The notes beneath the pieces are model-generated. The model had not been told where the DNA came from. It worked only from the letters and a program-made list of their open reading frames with translations, and did no database searches. From Octopus sinensis (taxonomy: Eukaryota): a stretch of 64,000 bases of DNA. The stretch covers positions 40,238,001 to 40,302,000 of the forward strand of contig NC_043001.1 in NCBI RefSeq assembly GCF_006345805.1, read 5' to 3'. Positions 25,709-38,984 of the stretch are shown piece after piece. Numbering within the stretch: the first letter of the stretch is position 1; each line of letters starts with the position of its first letter. A program made the position numbers and the translations under genes.

Positions 25709-28700
25709 TCTATATATATAAAACTGTAGTTGTGTGAGTGTCTGTCCCCTTCGATTTAGATTCCTAACTACTCCCACATTTTGCGGTGCAGTTTAACCAA
25801 ATTCGGGTATCTTATAGTCGTGATTCATATCGAGCCCGTCTGGGTATTAGCGCGCGTCTACGATGAGTCTACGATTTTAAAATAATTTAACATCATTTTT
25901 AATTCCATTTTAATGCATATTTTTTCGTGTGTCGATGGCGGCGGAGTTGGCGTCCATGCTCACATCTGCACCTGTGTTGCTTCTCCCCCTTCTTCCCTCC
26001 CTCGTGAAGCTGTGGGGAAGGGAGTGTAAGGAAATCAACGTCGTAAAGCGTTGTCAAGGAGACCAGCGTTCTTTTAGAACAACGACTTCATGGCTTGAAG
26101 TCGCCAAAACAGAAATCGCTAAAAAGGCTGAAACAGATCCACAAAAACGGCAATTACCGCCACACAGGGCAGGGTTCCTGTGCAAACAATTTGCACAACC
26201 GAATATTTTAGTTGTTGTACAAATCTATATATATAAAACTCTAGTTGTGTGAGTGTCTGTCCCCTTCGATTTAGATTCCTAACTCCTCCCACATTTTGCG
26301 GTGCAGTTTAACCAAATTCGGGTATCTTATAGTCGTGATTTATATCGAGCCCGTCTGGCTATTAGCGCGCGTCAACGATGAGTCTACGATTTTAAAAATA
26401 ATTAAACAACATTTTTTACTCCATTTTAATGCATAATCTTTCGTGTGTCAATGGCGGCGGAATTGGCGTCCACGCTCACAGCTGCACCTGTTTGCTTCTC
26501 CCCCTTCCTCCCTCGTGAAGCTGTGGGGAAGGGAGTGTAAAGAAATCAACGTCGTAATGCGTTGTCAAGGAGACCAGCGTTCTTTTAGAACAACGACTTC
26601 ATGGCTTGAAGACACCAAAACAGAAATGGCTAAGAAAGCCCGAATTGGCATCTATAAGGGAAGTAACTCTCTAAAAATGCTTATATAGTTATTTCCCTTA
26701 CAAACCCGAGCAACGCCGGGCGATACTGCTAGTCTTTATATATAAAAATGAGGTTGTGTGTCTGTCTCCTACGATTTAGATTCCTAACTACTCCCACATT
26801 TTGCGGTGCAGTGTAACCAAAACCGGGTATTTTATAGTCGTGATTCATATCGAGCCCTTCTGGGTATTAGCGCGCGTCTACGATTTAAAAAAAAAATTTA
26901 CCATCATTTTTTATTCCATTTTAATGCATTTTCGCTATTATATAAGGGAAGTAACTCTCTAAAAATGTCTACGATGAGTCAACGATTAAAAAAAAATTAC
27001 CATCATTTTTTATTCCATTTTTAATGCATTTTTTGCTATTTTTTTGCTATAACTCACTAAAAATACTTATATAGTTATTTCCCTTACAAACCCGAGCAAC
27101 GCCGGGCGATACTGCTAGTATATATATCTATATATATAAAACTCTAGTTGTGTGAGTGTCTGTCCCCTTCGATTTAGATTCCTAACTCCTCCCACATTTT
27201 GCGGTGCTGTTTAACCAAATTCGGGTATCTTATAGTCGTGATTCATATCGAGCCCGTCTGACTATTAGCGCGCGTCAACGATGAGTCTACGATTTTAAAA
27301 ATAATTTAACATCATTTTTTATTCCATTTTAATGCATAAAATGCATCGTATGTCGATGGCGGCGGAGTTGGCGTCCACGCTCACAGCTGCACCTGTTTGC
27401 TTCTCCCCCTTCCCTCCCTCGTGAAGCTGTGGGGAAGGGAGTGTAAAGAAATCAACGTCGTAATGCGTTGTGAAGGAAACCAGCGTTCTTTTAGAACAAC
27501 GACTTCATGGCTTGAAGACACCAAAACAAAAATGGCTAAGAAAGCCCGAATTTATAAGGGAAGTAACTCTCTAAAAATGCTTATATAGTTATTTCCCTTA
27601 CAAACCCGAGCAACGCCGGGCGATACTGCTAGTATATCTATATATATAAAAGGGAAGTTGTGTGAGTGTCTGTCTCCTACGATTTAGATTCCTAACTACT
27701 CCCACATTTTGCGGTGCTGTTTAACCAAAACCGGGTATCTTATAGTCGGGATTCATATCGAGCCCTTCTGTGTATTAGCGCGCGTCTACGATGAGTCTAC
27801 GATTTTAAAAATAATTTACCATAATTTTTTTCCATTTTAAAGCATATTTTGGGGGGTTCTTCCAATTTTTTCGTGTGTCGATGGCGGCGGAGTTGGCGTC
27901 CATGCTCACACCTGCACCTGTGTTGCTTCTCCCCCTTCTTCCCTCCCTCGTGAAGCTGTGGGGAAGGGAGTGTAAGGAAATCAACGTCGTAAAGCGTTGT
28001 CAAGGAGACCAGCGTTCTTTTAGAACAACGACTTCGTGGCTTGAAGACACCAAAACAGAAATGGCTAAGAAAGCCCGAAAGCAAATTCTACAAAATCGGG
28101 AAACACACCACACAGGGAAGGTTTCCCGTGCAAAGAATTTGCACAACCGTATGTTTTAGTTGTTGTACAACTTTTACTTAAAAAATATTATCCAAACACA
28201 AACATTTGAAGGCAATATTGTATGGCGATGGTACTTGTGAAATATGGTAATGGATTTAGTAGCCAAAAGGAGAGAGCAGAGGCATAGTATGGTGGTGGTG
28301 GAGGCGGTGGTAGTGGCAGCGGTGGTGGCGGTGGTGCTGGTAGTGGTGGTGGTGGTGGTGGTCGTGGTGGTCGTCGTGTTTGTGGTGGTGGTGGTGGTGG
28401 TGGTGGTGGTGGTGGTGGTGGTGGTAGTGGTGGTGGGGTCGTGGTGGTGGGGGTCGTGATGATGGGGGTGGTCGTGGTGGTCGTGGTGGTCTTCGTGATG
28501 GTGGTGGCGATGGTGGTGGTCATGGTCATGGGCGTAGTGGTGGTGGTAGTCATGGTGGTAGTGGTGATAGTGTTGGTCGTGGTGGTGGTGGTGGTGGTGG
28601 TGGTGGTGGTGGTGGCTGAAGCTGTCGTCTGGGTTCTTCCAATTTTTTCGTGTGTTGGTGGCGGCGTTGGCGTTCATGCTCGCACCTGCACCTGTGTAGC

Positions 28701-29325
28701 TCCTCCCCTTCTTCCCTCCCTCGTGAGGCTGTGGGGAAGGCAGGGTAGGGAAATCAACGTCGTAAAGCGTTGTCAAGGAGACCAGCGTTCTTTTAGAACA
28801 ACGACTTCATGGCTTGAAGTCGCCAAAACAGAAATCGCTAAAAAAGCTAAAACAGATCCACAAAAACGGCAAAAACCACCACACAGGGCAGGTTTCCTGT
28901 GCAAATAATTTGCACAACCGAATGTTTTAGTTGTACAAATCTTTATATATAAAAGTAAGGTTGTGTGTCTGTCTCCTACGATTTAGATTCCTAACTACTC
29001 CCACATTTTGCGGTGCAGTTTAACCAAAACCGGGTATCTTATAGTCGTGATTCATATCGAGCCCTTCTGGGTATTAGCGCGCGTCTACGATGAGTCTACG
29101 ATTAAAAAAAAAACTTACCATCATTTTTTCCATTTTAATGCATTTTTTCGCAATTATATAAGGGAAGTAACTCTCTAAAAATGTCTACGATGAGTCAACG
29201 ATTAAAAAAAAAATTACCATAATTTTTTATTCCATTTTTAATGCATTTTTTTGCTATAACTCTCTAAAAATGCTTATACAGTTATTTCCCTTACAAACCC
29301 GAGCAACGCCGGGCGATACTGCTAG
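25709..29325 (+). mobile_element. Head-to-tail array of non-autonomous Helitrons
   Basis: Six 5'-TC(T/A)TATATATAAA heads at 25709, 26224, 26733, 27127, 27637 and 28940. Four hairpin (CCCGAGCAACGCCGGG) + CTAG ends at 26732, 27118, 27632 and 29325. Confidence 0.92.
28290..28617. repeat. Degenerate (GGT)n trinucleotide expansion inside the Helitron array
   Basis: Direct reading; source of the poly-V/poly-H/poly-T/poly-P ORFs. Confidence 0.95.
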
Positions 29326-29364
29326 TATATATATACAGAGAGAGAGAGAGAGAGAGACTTACAT

Positions 29365-29451
<87 letters not shown>

Positions 29452-29799
29452 GTATGTGTGTGAGTGTTTCTTTGCGGTGGACAGCAGAAAAGCCACCTAC
29501 TTTCCCCCTCTCCTAAAAGCTATGTATTCCTCACACCCACTTTTCTTTCCCTTCTTTGACGTTTTAGAAGTTACTTATGTGTATGTGCATGCGTCTGTGT
29601 CTGTGTGTGTGTGCGTGTATTTCTGTATTTACGAAAGTATGTATGCAGCGTCGTGCATACATACTTTCGTATGCATGACAGCTGTATTAACGTTATCATA
29701 CCACTCCATGTCGGTTACACAACGCTGTTCACCCCTTCCCTGATATCAGCCACACTCACTATGCCACCAAATTTCCTTCACACTAACAATCTCTTGCAC

Positions 29800-29997
29800 C
29801 CTTCTCGTTTAATCAAATAAAAGCCCAAACCCCCTATGGGCCCATTATAAAGTTTTATTGAAACCCAATTAGCCTGTAATTGAACTGGATGTTAGTTTAA
29901 CAGGCATGCAAAGTTTTGTCAAGATTGGTTTACTGGTGTAGGCAGCAAGATGGTAACAGACAGATCAACAGACAGAAAATGCCATTTATATATAAGA
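29800..29997 (-). mobile_element. Helitron 5' end, different subfamily
   Basis: Minus strand starts A|TCttatatataaatggcattttctgtctgttgatctgtctgt...accaatcttgacaaaacttt. Confidence 0.55.
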
Positions 29998-30879
29998 TTG
30001 TTTGTTCTATTTTATTCTAATTCTACTGCAGTGAATCAATTATTTGATCACTGGAACCCTATATCTGATGACTATATTATTCACACTCGCATGCAATAAA
30101 TAAAAAACAACTAGTATTTTTTAAAAAACGTATGCATGTGCTTCTGCATACTGGACTGTTGTTTGCATAACATGCCAATAATTTGTGGCCAAACAAATGA
30201 CAAACCAGCTATAATCATGAAGAAGGACCAGTGAGTCCAGAAACTGGTAATTCAGTAGTTGATAATAAGTGATGTGAATTTTGTATAAATAAAGCCAGTG
30301 AATTGGTAAAATCCTTAGAACGACGGACAAAACACGCGGCGTTATTTGTTCTGGCTCTTTACGTTCTGAGTTCAACTCCTAAGGTCAACTTTGTATTTCA
30401 TCGTTCCAATGTTGATAAAATAAGTCAAATAATTAGGGTTAATATGATAATCGACTGATGCATACTTTCTGTTGCTGTCACAATTTTCAATTCTTTTAAT
30501 TTTGTTTCAATTATCAAATTTGGTGTACTGATGTAGTTTTATATGCTAGTTATATAAAATTAAATTCATTTTTGCAATAAATTAATAAACCAAAAGTTAA
30601 TAGCTTTTAAAATTTGCACATTTTTGGTACTTTTAGCCAATCGAAAGCTACAAACATATTGATGCCTGTTTCCATGGTAACAAGTCGGCTTAAAACTCCA
30701 AATGGCTATTTTCTAAACGTTTGTACGACCTCGTTTTTGTAATTTTCACGTTTTTCTTTCTTTCTCTTTTTTTTTTTTGTTTGAGAAACGATCGGATATT
30801 TTTCGTTTGCTGTCCTATCACAATTTCATTTTCATAATTTTGAATTGTGTGTTTTCCTGGACCTTTTCAACTTAAATAA

Positions 30880-31550
30880 AAATGTGACTGCAGCCAACTC
30901 GTTTAAACTTTCGAATGTAACGGAGAAATTGAAAATCAGGGAGGATGCAATTTCTTACTTACAAGAGAAAGGTGTTATCCCTAAAAGAAAATTATGCACA
31001 TAAAGACGCTATATAAACAAGAAGGTGCTTTGCGGGAAAATTTATTGGCAGAAACGATACATGGTTTGAAGGTAGCACCCTTCCTCTTCGGACTTTTTTT
31101 TTTTTTTTTTTCCTTTTGCTCAAGCGTCAATGAATTGACTTCGGTCTTCTTTTGTGTTGAAAAACTGGAGATGATCTACTGCACTGCTGTTGATTACAAC
31201 AGCTATGTTCGTGAAATATGTGCAGAGGACCTTGCTCCACAACCCAGTTCAGATAGGCGGCCCTGGGAAGATTGTTGAGATAGACAAAATAGTTTCCTCA
31301 AGACGTAAATACATCCGAGGAAGGATGCTTGCTACCTGAGCAGTGGATTTTCGGAGGAGTGTGTCACGAGACCAGACATGCTTTTCTTTATGCGGTGCTA
31401 TGTCGGAATCGCGACTCACTTGAGGAACGCGTACGTCAGTTGGTTCTTCCTGGAACCACAATTTTCAGTGACTTGTGATAGGCCTACTCTCACATTCCTG
31501 AACTTCATAGTTACAACTTTCGACATAGAACAGTGAAGCACAATGGACTT
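30880..31550 (+). pseudogene. Merlin/ISXO2-like (IS1595 family) DDE transposase remnant
   Basis: Frameshifted translation: EDAISYLQEKGVIPKRKLC...AVDYNSYVREIC...VQIGGPGKIVEIDK...RRKYIRGR...QWIFGGVC...VLPGTTIFSD...AYSHI...RHRTVKH. Confidence 0.88.
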
Positions 31551-34019
31551 GCGCAAAACGAGGGCATAGCGGGCTGAAGTGACATGCCATATCACGTCGA
31601 TATGATCTAGCCGACTACCAAATGTGGCATGTAGATGTAACGCTTGAAGGTTCTCGCATCGGAATAACCGGTAAATATCGAAGAATCAACACCAAGAAGG
31701 AAGAAATATTATTTATATATATTTATTCGTTTGCTCGACATGTAGTTAGAGATACAGCAGTAATTGTAGTGGCAGGGACAACAACTTCGCTCACTTGTTG
31801 GTAGTTGATAGCGTAAAAGTTGCTGTCTGCCAGTAAATAGGGAAATAGTAAGGGATGCACGGTGCTGACTAGAAAGGACAAAGGTGGCATCGTCTTTCTT
31901 GTGGCCGAAAGCTTCTCTTCGTATGTCGAACGAAGGGAAAGTGCTGCTCTTGGTCATGACTGACGCAAAAGAGGAAGAGACAGCAAATGTTATCTGTTAT
32001 ATAGAGTATAGTCAAGAACGTAGGTCAAACCCTAAACAAAGACTGACCTTTCCTTGACCAGAACAGGTCCTTGGGAGTCAAGTGTTTTCCCATCAATTAT
32101 CTGGTGTGGAGAGGATTCCCCGCTTGTTTTGACAAGCAACAAGCGGGTAGATTTTATTTCAAATCTCATGCAGGGCCAAGCGAGGTCCCTACACTACTCC
32201 CCCGCTAGAGAGCTTCTAAAAAAAAAGAAATGAACTATTTAGGGAAAATAATGCATTCATACAAAAATGTGTTTTAGGACAAGGTGAGAATAACGTTCAA
32301 TTGTGAAAGGTATTTTGTTATTGGGGAATGTGATGCAAGGCTGAGAAAAATTGTGCATATCAGGAGAAAGAATACTGAGAATGTATACGGGACAGGTATC
32401 TACCCGTGTGAGTCCGAGGAGTGATGTCGCTTTGTGTGCGCGACTGAGGCAGAGTGAACGTGCAAGGGCTTATACATGAGTGCGAGAGAAAATCCTGCAG
32501 CCGTGAAATAAGCTGAGGTGAATGAGTGTGTGCATTCTCTATCCATGATATCAGCAAAAGTTTTCTTGCAGAACTACATTTTGTGTGAAAATGCATTCAA
32601 AGGGGTGCAGAGGCGAAATGTGTCTGGCGTTGTTGTCGTAGGCATGTGCTAAGATTAGCCAGAACTGCGACAGTGTGACGTGCTGGCGGGTTGCATAGGA
32701 TAGACAATTTTCTCTATTAACTTCGTGACCAACCTGGGGTCAAACAGAGGCAAGTTGTGTCTGACAAGGGCGCAGAGAACATGAGCTGACATCCGACGTA
32801 CACAGAGTCGGGAAAAAGAGCTGAGCAGGTACAGACATGAGGAAACGACTCTAAAAGCACTATACTGTGGTGCATGTGTATAAGTGGGTGCAGGCATGCA
32901 GGTTTGTGTATGAACGTTGAGAAAAAAATTTGTTTTGTTTTACAAACAAAATACGGAGCAGTGCATAAATGGGTCAGCGTGCGAAGTAAGAAAGAAACTG
33001 CAGACATTCAAAAAGAAAACATGTAAAGAGAAAAAATAACGTAGTTGAAATAATTGTACATATGTGTAAAATGTGCAATACCAGTAGCCAATGAGAAAAA
33101 AATATATCATACAAATATAGAACATTCAAAAACAAATGAAAGTGTATAGTGCAACAAAAGTGAACGATATGAGTAAGCATTTAAAATGCAAAAATATGTG
33201 CATGCAAAGAAAGTTCAAGTCTATGGACAAGAGTTCGCGTAGCATGCAGGACTGCGTTCGAAAAGTCTGTGGCTGTGGAGAACGTTGCATGTGCGGTGTT
33301 CCATATTTTCATCCAGTTTGTTTTTGGTCGGATGGCTGTAGAAATGTTGCATTTATTGATTGTAAATGTTTCCTTTGTGAATTTGTTCAACGTAGTGGAG
33401 TGCATTAATTGTTGTGTGAGAAGTGTATATATTCTGATAATAAAAAAATAGTATCTTTTAAAATCATCCTAAATTTACAGACTATATTTTGTGTGTTTAA
33501 GAAAAAAAAACATTTTACAGCAATAAATTTTCCAGGGTGTGAATTACATTGTTCGTTATTAAATATGTACCACCTCCACCCACCCACCCTTTTCCGAACC
33601 AAAATAAGGGATTTGCAGCATATTAGATCAGGGTACTTGATTCCACGAAAAAAATACGAGTTTTTTTTTTTCTTAGTGAAAATCGTGCGGGTGGTAATAT
33701 AAAAATTTACCAAATCAAGTACCAGCTGCGTACTGAGGTCAATCTAATCGACTGGACCCCTCCCCCAAAATTTAGGCCTTGTGCCTAGAGTAGAAAGGAA
33801 TATTTTTCAACAAAAGGACAGAGGCGTTTTAGTTACTGCCTCTTTCATTAACAAAGCAGTAATATAATATCTGGAATACAAACCTTTATATGACCCTCCC
33901 ACTTCTACCAATCTACTGAGACGAGTAATTCTGTGATTTCAAGAAAGAAGAGAAGCAGCAGCCAAGGAGGGTAAAGATAGAAAGGGATTGTAAATGATGA
34001 TAATCATTCTTTTTTTAAT

Positions 34020-34450
34020 ATAAACCACGAGGCCTGAAATTGGATGGGGTAGGTTTAGTCAATCACATTGACCCTAGTGTTCCGCTGGTACTAATTTTAT
34101 CGACTCGAAGAGAAGAAAGGCAAAGTCGACGTCGGTGGCATTTGAACTCAGACTATAAAGAACCAGAAGAAATGTAGCTAAGAATTTTGTCTGGGACAAT
34201 AATGATTCTGCCAGCTTGCCAACGATGAAAATTCTTTCTAATTTTGGCTCAAGGCCAGCAATTTGAGGGAAGGGGGCAAGTCAATTACATCGACCTCAAT
34301 ACTTGACTGACATTTATTTAATCGACCCCACAACAGGATGGCTGACGGGCAAAATCAACCTCTGTAGAATTTAAACGCAGAACATAAAGCGTCGTTACAA
34401 ATGCCGCTAAAGACTTTGTCCGACGCGCTAACGATTCTGCCAACCCAATA
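34020..34450 (-). mobile_element. Two adjacent Meta/MESC-like SINEs
   Basis: Two successive reverse-complement matches to the 56136 family (34020-34245, 34250-34450). Confidence 0.75.
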
Positions 34451-34992
34451 AAATAAATTTTTATTTTGCATAGATATCGAAAGAATTTCAACTTCTTTTC
34501 AAACATAAACCTATAAATGATAGTTTGAGTTTTTAAAGAAAGTAAGTTCAATTATTTCTGTATAGTTTTTTTAATAATTCATGGCTGCTATTTGATGAGA
34601 GACATCATGTCATAACTTCCTGATCTTTTTATAGCTTCATTTTTTAAAAATCAATTTTTCTGAAAGTTTTTTTTTCTTTTTTTGTCTTAAATTTTTAGTT
34701 TTAATGAATCCTCTGTCGATTTTGACGATTAACTAAATTAGCGTGTAAGTGGTTGACTATTCCACAGACATGTAAATCACAGGGCAGAATCAGCATGAGC
34801 ATAAGACATTGACCATTCGACCAGTTCCCCTACGATTTCTAAGCTGGGTGAATCCAATAATGTAGTAAAAGACATTTGTGTAAATTGTCTTAGTGAGATC
34901 GAACCAGAAACCGCAAAATTGCGAAGCAAATTTTTTAACTGTCACCATACCTATGTTCAACACCTCTAATCTAAATGTTAGAATAAAAATAC

Positions 34993-35399
34993 GGATCTTT
35001 TCGGTTTGAACGGCAGTTTTTAACATAATTTCTAGGTAACTAAAAAAGTTTAAACTTCGTATACTGGTAGAATGTGTTTATAAAACATCTTTTTCTCTTG
35101 GCTTTATTGAGAAAATTCTATAGTTTGTAAGATATTTGTTGTTTTTCTTCAATTTCTGCAATTTCAACCAATCAGTGACGTCTATTGAGTTAAAAAGCAT
35201 TCTGTGCCGTATGAATATGTCTCTCGTTTAAGAAACAGATTGGGCTTATTTACATTTGTGAAGAAAAGAAAAACCCTTCCCCCACCCCTAACCCTAAAAA
35301 GAGATTGAAATGCAATAGATCGATTCTAGGGTCATAATCATGGGTGACAATTTCATATGACACCGCTAGAAAAAACTGCCGCTCAAACCGAAAAGATCT
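34993..35399. mobile_element. Merlin-like MITE, short-TIR subtype
   Basis: ~29-bp TIR ggatcttttcggtttgaacggcagttttt; perfect 8-bp TSD AAAAATAC. Confidence 0.9.
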
Positions 35400-37114
35400 A
35401 AAAATACATTTAACAATGAAAAAATGATACACGCATTTAGGTTAGATACTCTGAGTTTGCTGTTAATTCTACAAATTAAGTATTTTTTTCTCTGTGTGAG
35501 TAACCTCATAGCACAGAAGTATAAATGAACGACTAATATTATTTCATTATTTTAACAAAATGAAAGGTGTATAAAATCAGATGAAAATTAATACGTTTGA
35601 CTAATGGAGGATATTGTATCATGCTGACGAAGAAAACGGGTACATGGGAATAGAAGGAAAAAGACTTTTAATGGTGTATAGGAAACTCGATCTAAAAATT
35701 GGCTTGTTTACGGAATAATTCCAAAATCAAACTGAAAAAGATTTTTATTAAAAATCATACAAAACTAAGTTGAATAAAACATAAAAGTTTTTTTTTTTTT
35801 TAAGGAAGAGGGCGGGGAGATCGATATAGGCAAGAATGAAAGAAAAAATAAAAACAAGGCAATAAGAAAGACGGAAAGAAAGAAAGACAGTGAGAACATA
35901 ATTCAAAACTCGGAAGGAAAGTCACAAGAGGACAAATAATTTGGCGAACGTTATTTGATTAGATAGCATGTGTAGGAAATGGGTTAAGGAGGGAGGATTG
36001 CAAGAGACAGATCTCGTATCTTCATATGGTTCTATGGTTCTAAATTCGCTAAAATCAAAAAAGAGCTATTCTCTTATTTTTTGCTCTTTCTCAAACTATA
36101 TTTTCTCTATTTAAAAATATTTATGTAGGTTATATTTTATACGCTTTCTTTAAAGTAAAATTCTTTTGTCTTGAATTTTAACTCAATAAATACATAACTT
36201 GAATGGTAAAAAATAAAAGAAACAGATTTATTTCATAAATAAATATAGTTGATTTTTTTAACTCAGCGAACTAGATATTTTTAAAAACAGTAATATATTT
36301 GACTGGAAAATTAGAATCAGTGTTAAAATAAAAGGGAATTGCATCCAATGTTATTGCACCTGATCGCATTAACCTCTTATATTTCAGCAACTTGTTTCCA
36401 TCTTTACGAATCACAGTGTGTGTAGGTGTTGATTTGTTAGGAAAGGAAAATAAAGTCATTCAGTTAAATGCGTTCGTGTGATGTTCGTTCTTTTTTTTTT
36501 TTTTTTTACGAGGATATCATGCCGTCTTTACTGAATTGCTCGTGTGTACAAAGTCTTTCTCATTCGGAAAATGAGCCCCCTTTAATTTTGCTCAGATTGC
36601 TTTCAATTTTTGTGTATCAATGCAACTCTGAATTTTGATTACAATCAATCAATTACTTTATCTCGTAAATTACAGAATCTGATGCTATTTGGAATTAATG
36701 TTGGGAAATTTATTTTAGCCAATCAACAGAGAGCGAGGCATTAACAGCTTGTTACTATGACAACCGCACATGTTTCATTTGCATGTGTTGATTCTTCACA
36801 CCATGAGATTTACTTCACCCGCGTGTTTTGTTTTAATAAACATTTATATTTATCAATTAGAATTTTATTATAGATATTTTTCGTCAATTGTCTTAATATT
36901 TTACATATTTTTCATATATAGCAAAAGTTGTTTGCGATGTTTATACAGTTTCTTGGCATTATGAAGGTGAATGGAATATGTAAATTTAGTACAGATAATT
37001 TGACATTATTTTTGAATTCTGCATGCAAAAACGTAAGATACAGATATTCTTTTCTTGGGACAGATTCTTTGTTGACCAGTGTTATTCTTATCATAGCTTA
37101 CAAATGCAAACATG

Positions 37115-37532
37115 GGATCTTTTCGGTTTGAACGGCAGTTTTTAACATAATTTCTAGGTAACTAAAAAATGTTAAACTTCGTATACTGGTAGAATGTGTT
37201 TATAAAACATCATTTTCTCTTGGCTTTATTGAGAAAATTCTATAGTTTGTAAGATATTTGGGGTTTTTTTTTTCTTTAATTTCTGCAATTTCAACCAATC
37301 ACTGACGTCTATTGAGGTAAAAGAAAAACATTCTGTGCCGCATGAATATGTCCCTCGTTTAAGAAACAGATTGGGTTTATTTACATTTGTGAAGAAAAAA
37401 AAGATGCCCTTCCCCTCACCCCTAACCCTAAAACAGATTGAAATGCAATAGAACCATACTAGGGTCATAATTATGGGAGACAATTTCATATGACATCGCT
37501 AGAAAAAACTGCCGTTCAAACCTAATAGATCC
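37115..37532. mobile_element. Merlin-like MITE, short-TIR subtype
   Basis: Colinear with 34993-35399; flanks gcaaacatg/acaaacatg (8-9 bp TSD). Confidence 0.9.
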
Positions 37533-38149
37533 ACAAACATGAAAATGTTACTCAACTTTGAAGTTTCGGAGACAGACACCTCCTTTTCACACACAAACGC
37601 ACATGAACTTATAACTTGATGATGTACATAAATACATGACAGGTATACATAATACTGAACTACATATAAAGTAAACACATGCAGACAAATATATATAACA
37701 AATTTTTTTTAAATAATAAAAATATACAACCAATGAAGAGACAAAAGATGATACATGTTAATTTTATTAGGTATCTCTATTTATTTAGAAACCTACAATG
37801 AAGAAGTAATTTCACGCAAAACTATAAATTTAACAGGATACAACCTTAAAGTTTACATCGCTCTGCTAAACAGAAAATTTCTGTCTTGCTATTGGCTAAA
37901 AATACACTATTTTTAAACCTCTGTAACTTTTTCCTCCAATTTTTTTCTCCACAACATCATACTTTCATAGCAATTAGACTGGAAAACTCTATTATTATAG
38001 CCAATTTTCAGATTTTTCACTGTCTTTAAAAAAAATGCATATATTGCAAATGAAAAAAACTAGGTTGTATTGTTAGGCAATCTGAGGTTGGTCTTTGCCA
38101 GTGAAAAATTGCTGAAAATCTTCAAATTCCTTTTGCTACTGTAAATAGA

Positions 38150-38982
38150 ATTATAGTGCAATTCAAAAGCCAAGGAAAGAATCCACAGATTCTCATCCCG
38201 GCTGACCTGGGCCCTTGGAAAGAAAGCTTCGCCATTTGAAGAGAATTGTGGAAAACAAACCCCGTTCAAAGGCTTCTGATATTGTAAAACAGCTAGAAAT
38301 TAGTCCAAGAATGTGTGTTACATATCTGCATAAGCTTGGATATTATGGAAGAGCCACTAGAAGAAAACCTCCCCTTCAACCAATTAATATCATGAAAAGA
38401 AAGAAATGAGGAGATGCCAGAAAAATCCAGTTCATTTTAGGATAGAGTGATTTTCTCAGATGAACCCAGATTTGCATTATTTTCAGACAGTAGACGTGTT
38501 TGGATCTGGAGGCTTCCCAATCAAGAATTTGATTTGAAACAACTCTAACCAACTGTGAAACATGGCAGTATCTCTGTAATGGTATGGGGAGCTGTCACCA
38601 GCAATGGTCGTTCTGAGCTGATTGAATGTATTGGAAACATAAACTCTGAAAAATACATCGAAGTACTTAAGCAAGGTCTACTTCCGATGTATTCACATAA
38701 TAACATAACGAAAAATGAGTTTTTATTCGTGGAAGATGGGGCTCTATGCTATACAGCAAAAGGAATCAACAATAGCTGACTGAAAATGAAATGAAAAAGC
38801 TTACTTGGCCCAGCCAATCTCTTGACATGAACCCAATTGAAAATCTTGGGAGTATATGAGATAGAGCTATACAAAAAACTCAACAGAAACCTAAAGCTAA
38901 AGGTGAATTCTTGTGATTGTTGCATGAAAAGTGGGCAGAAATTCCACAAAGCTCATCAGTTCAATGCCAAAGAGGCGCGACA
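38150..38982 (+). pseudogene. Tc1 (DD34E) transposase remnant
   Basis: GYYGRATRRKPPL; VIFSDEPRF; TVKHGSISVMVWGAV; FVEDGA; WPSQSLDMNPIENL; LISSMPKR. Several stops. Confidence 0.92.
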
Positions 38983-38984
38983 TG

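Noticed and set aside
28188-28908. Poly-V, poly-P and poly-T ORFs
   Set aside because: Produced by the (GGT)n expansion; no domain evidence.
32700-32960. Possible piggyBac C-terminal Cys-rich domain (KSTILWCMC...GLCM...CF)
   Set aside because: Only a loose cysteine pattern with stops; no upstream DDD motifs or TTAA-flanked TIRs recognisable.
33136-33408. Cys-rich 90-aa ORF
   Set aside because: No recognisable domain spacing, no splice context, and competing ORFs on both strands.
37550-37600. Hammerhead-like GGAG/CUCC-GAAAC stem on the minus strand
   Set aside because: Core reads GUGAAAA and no helix I can form.
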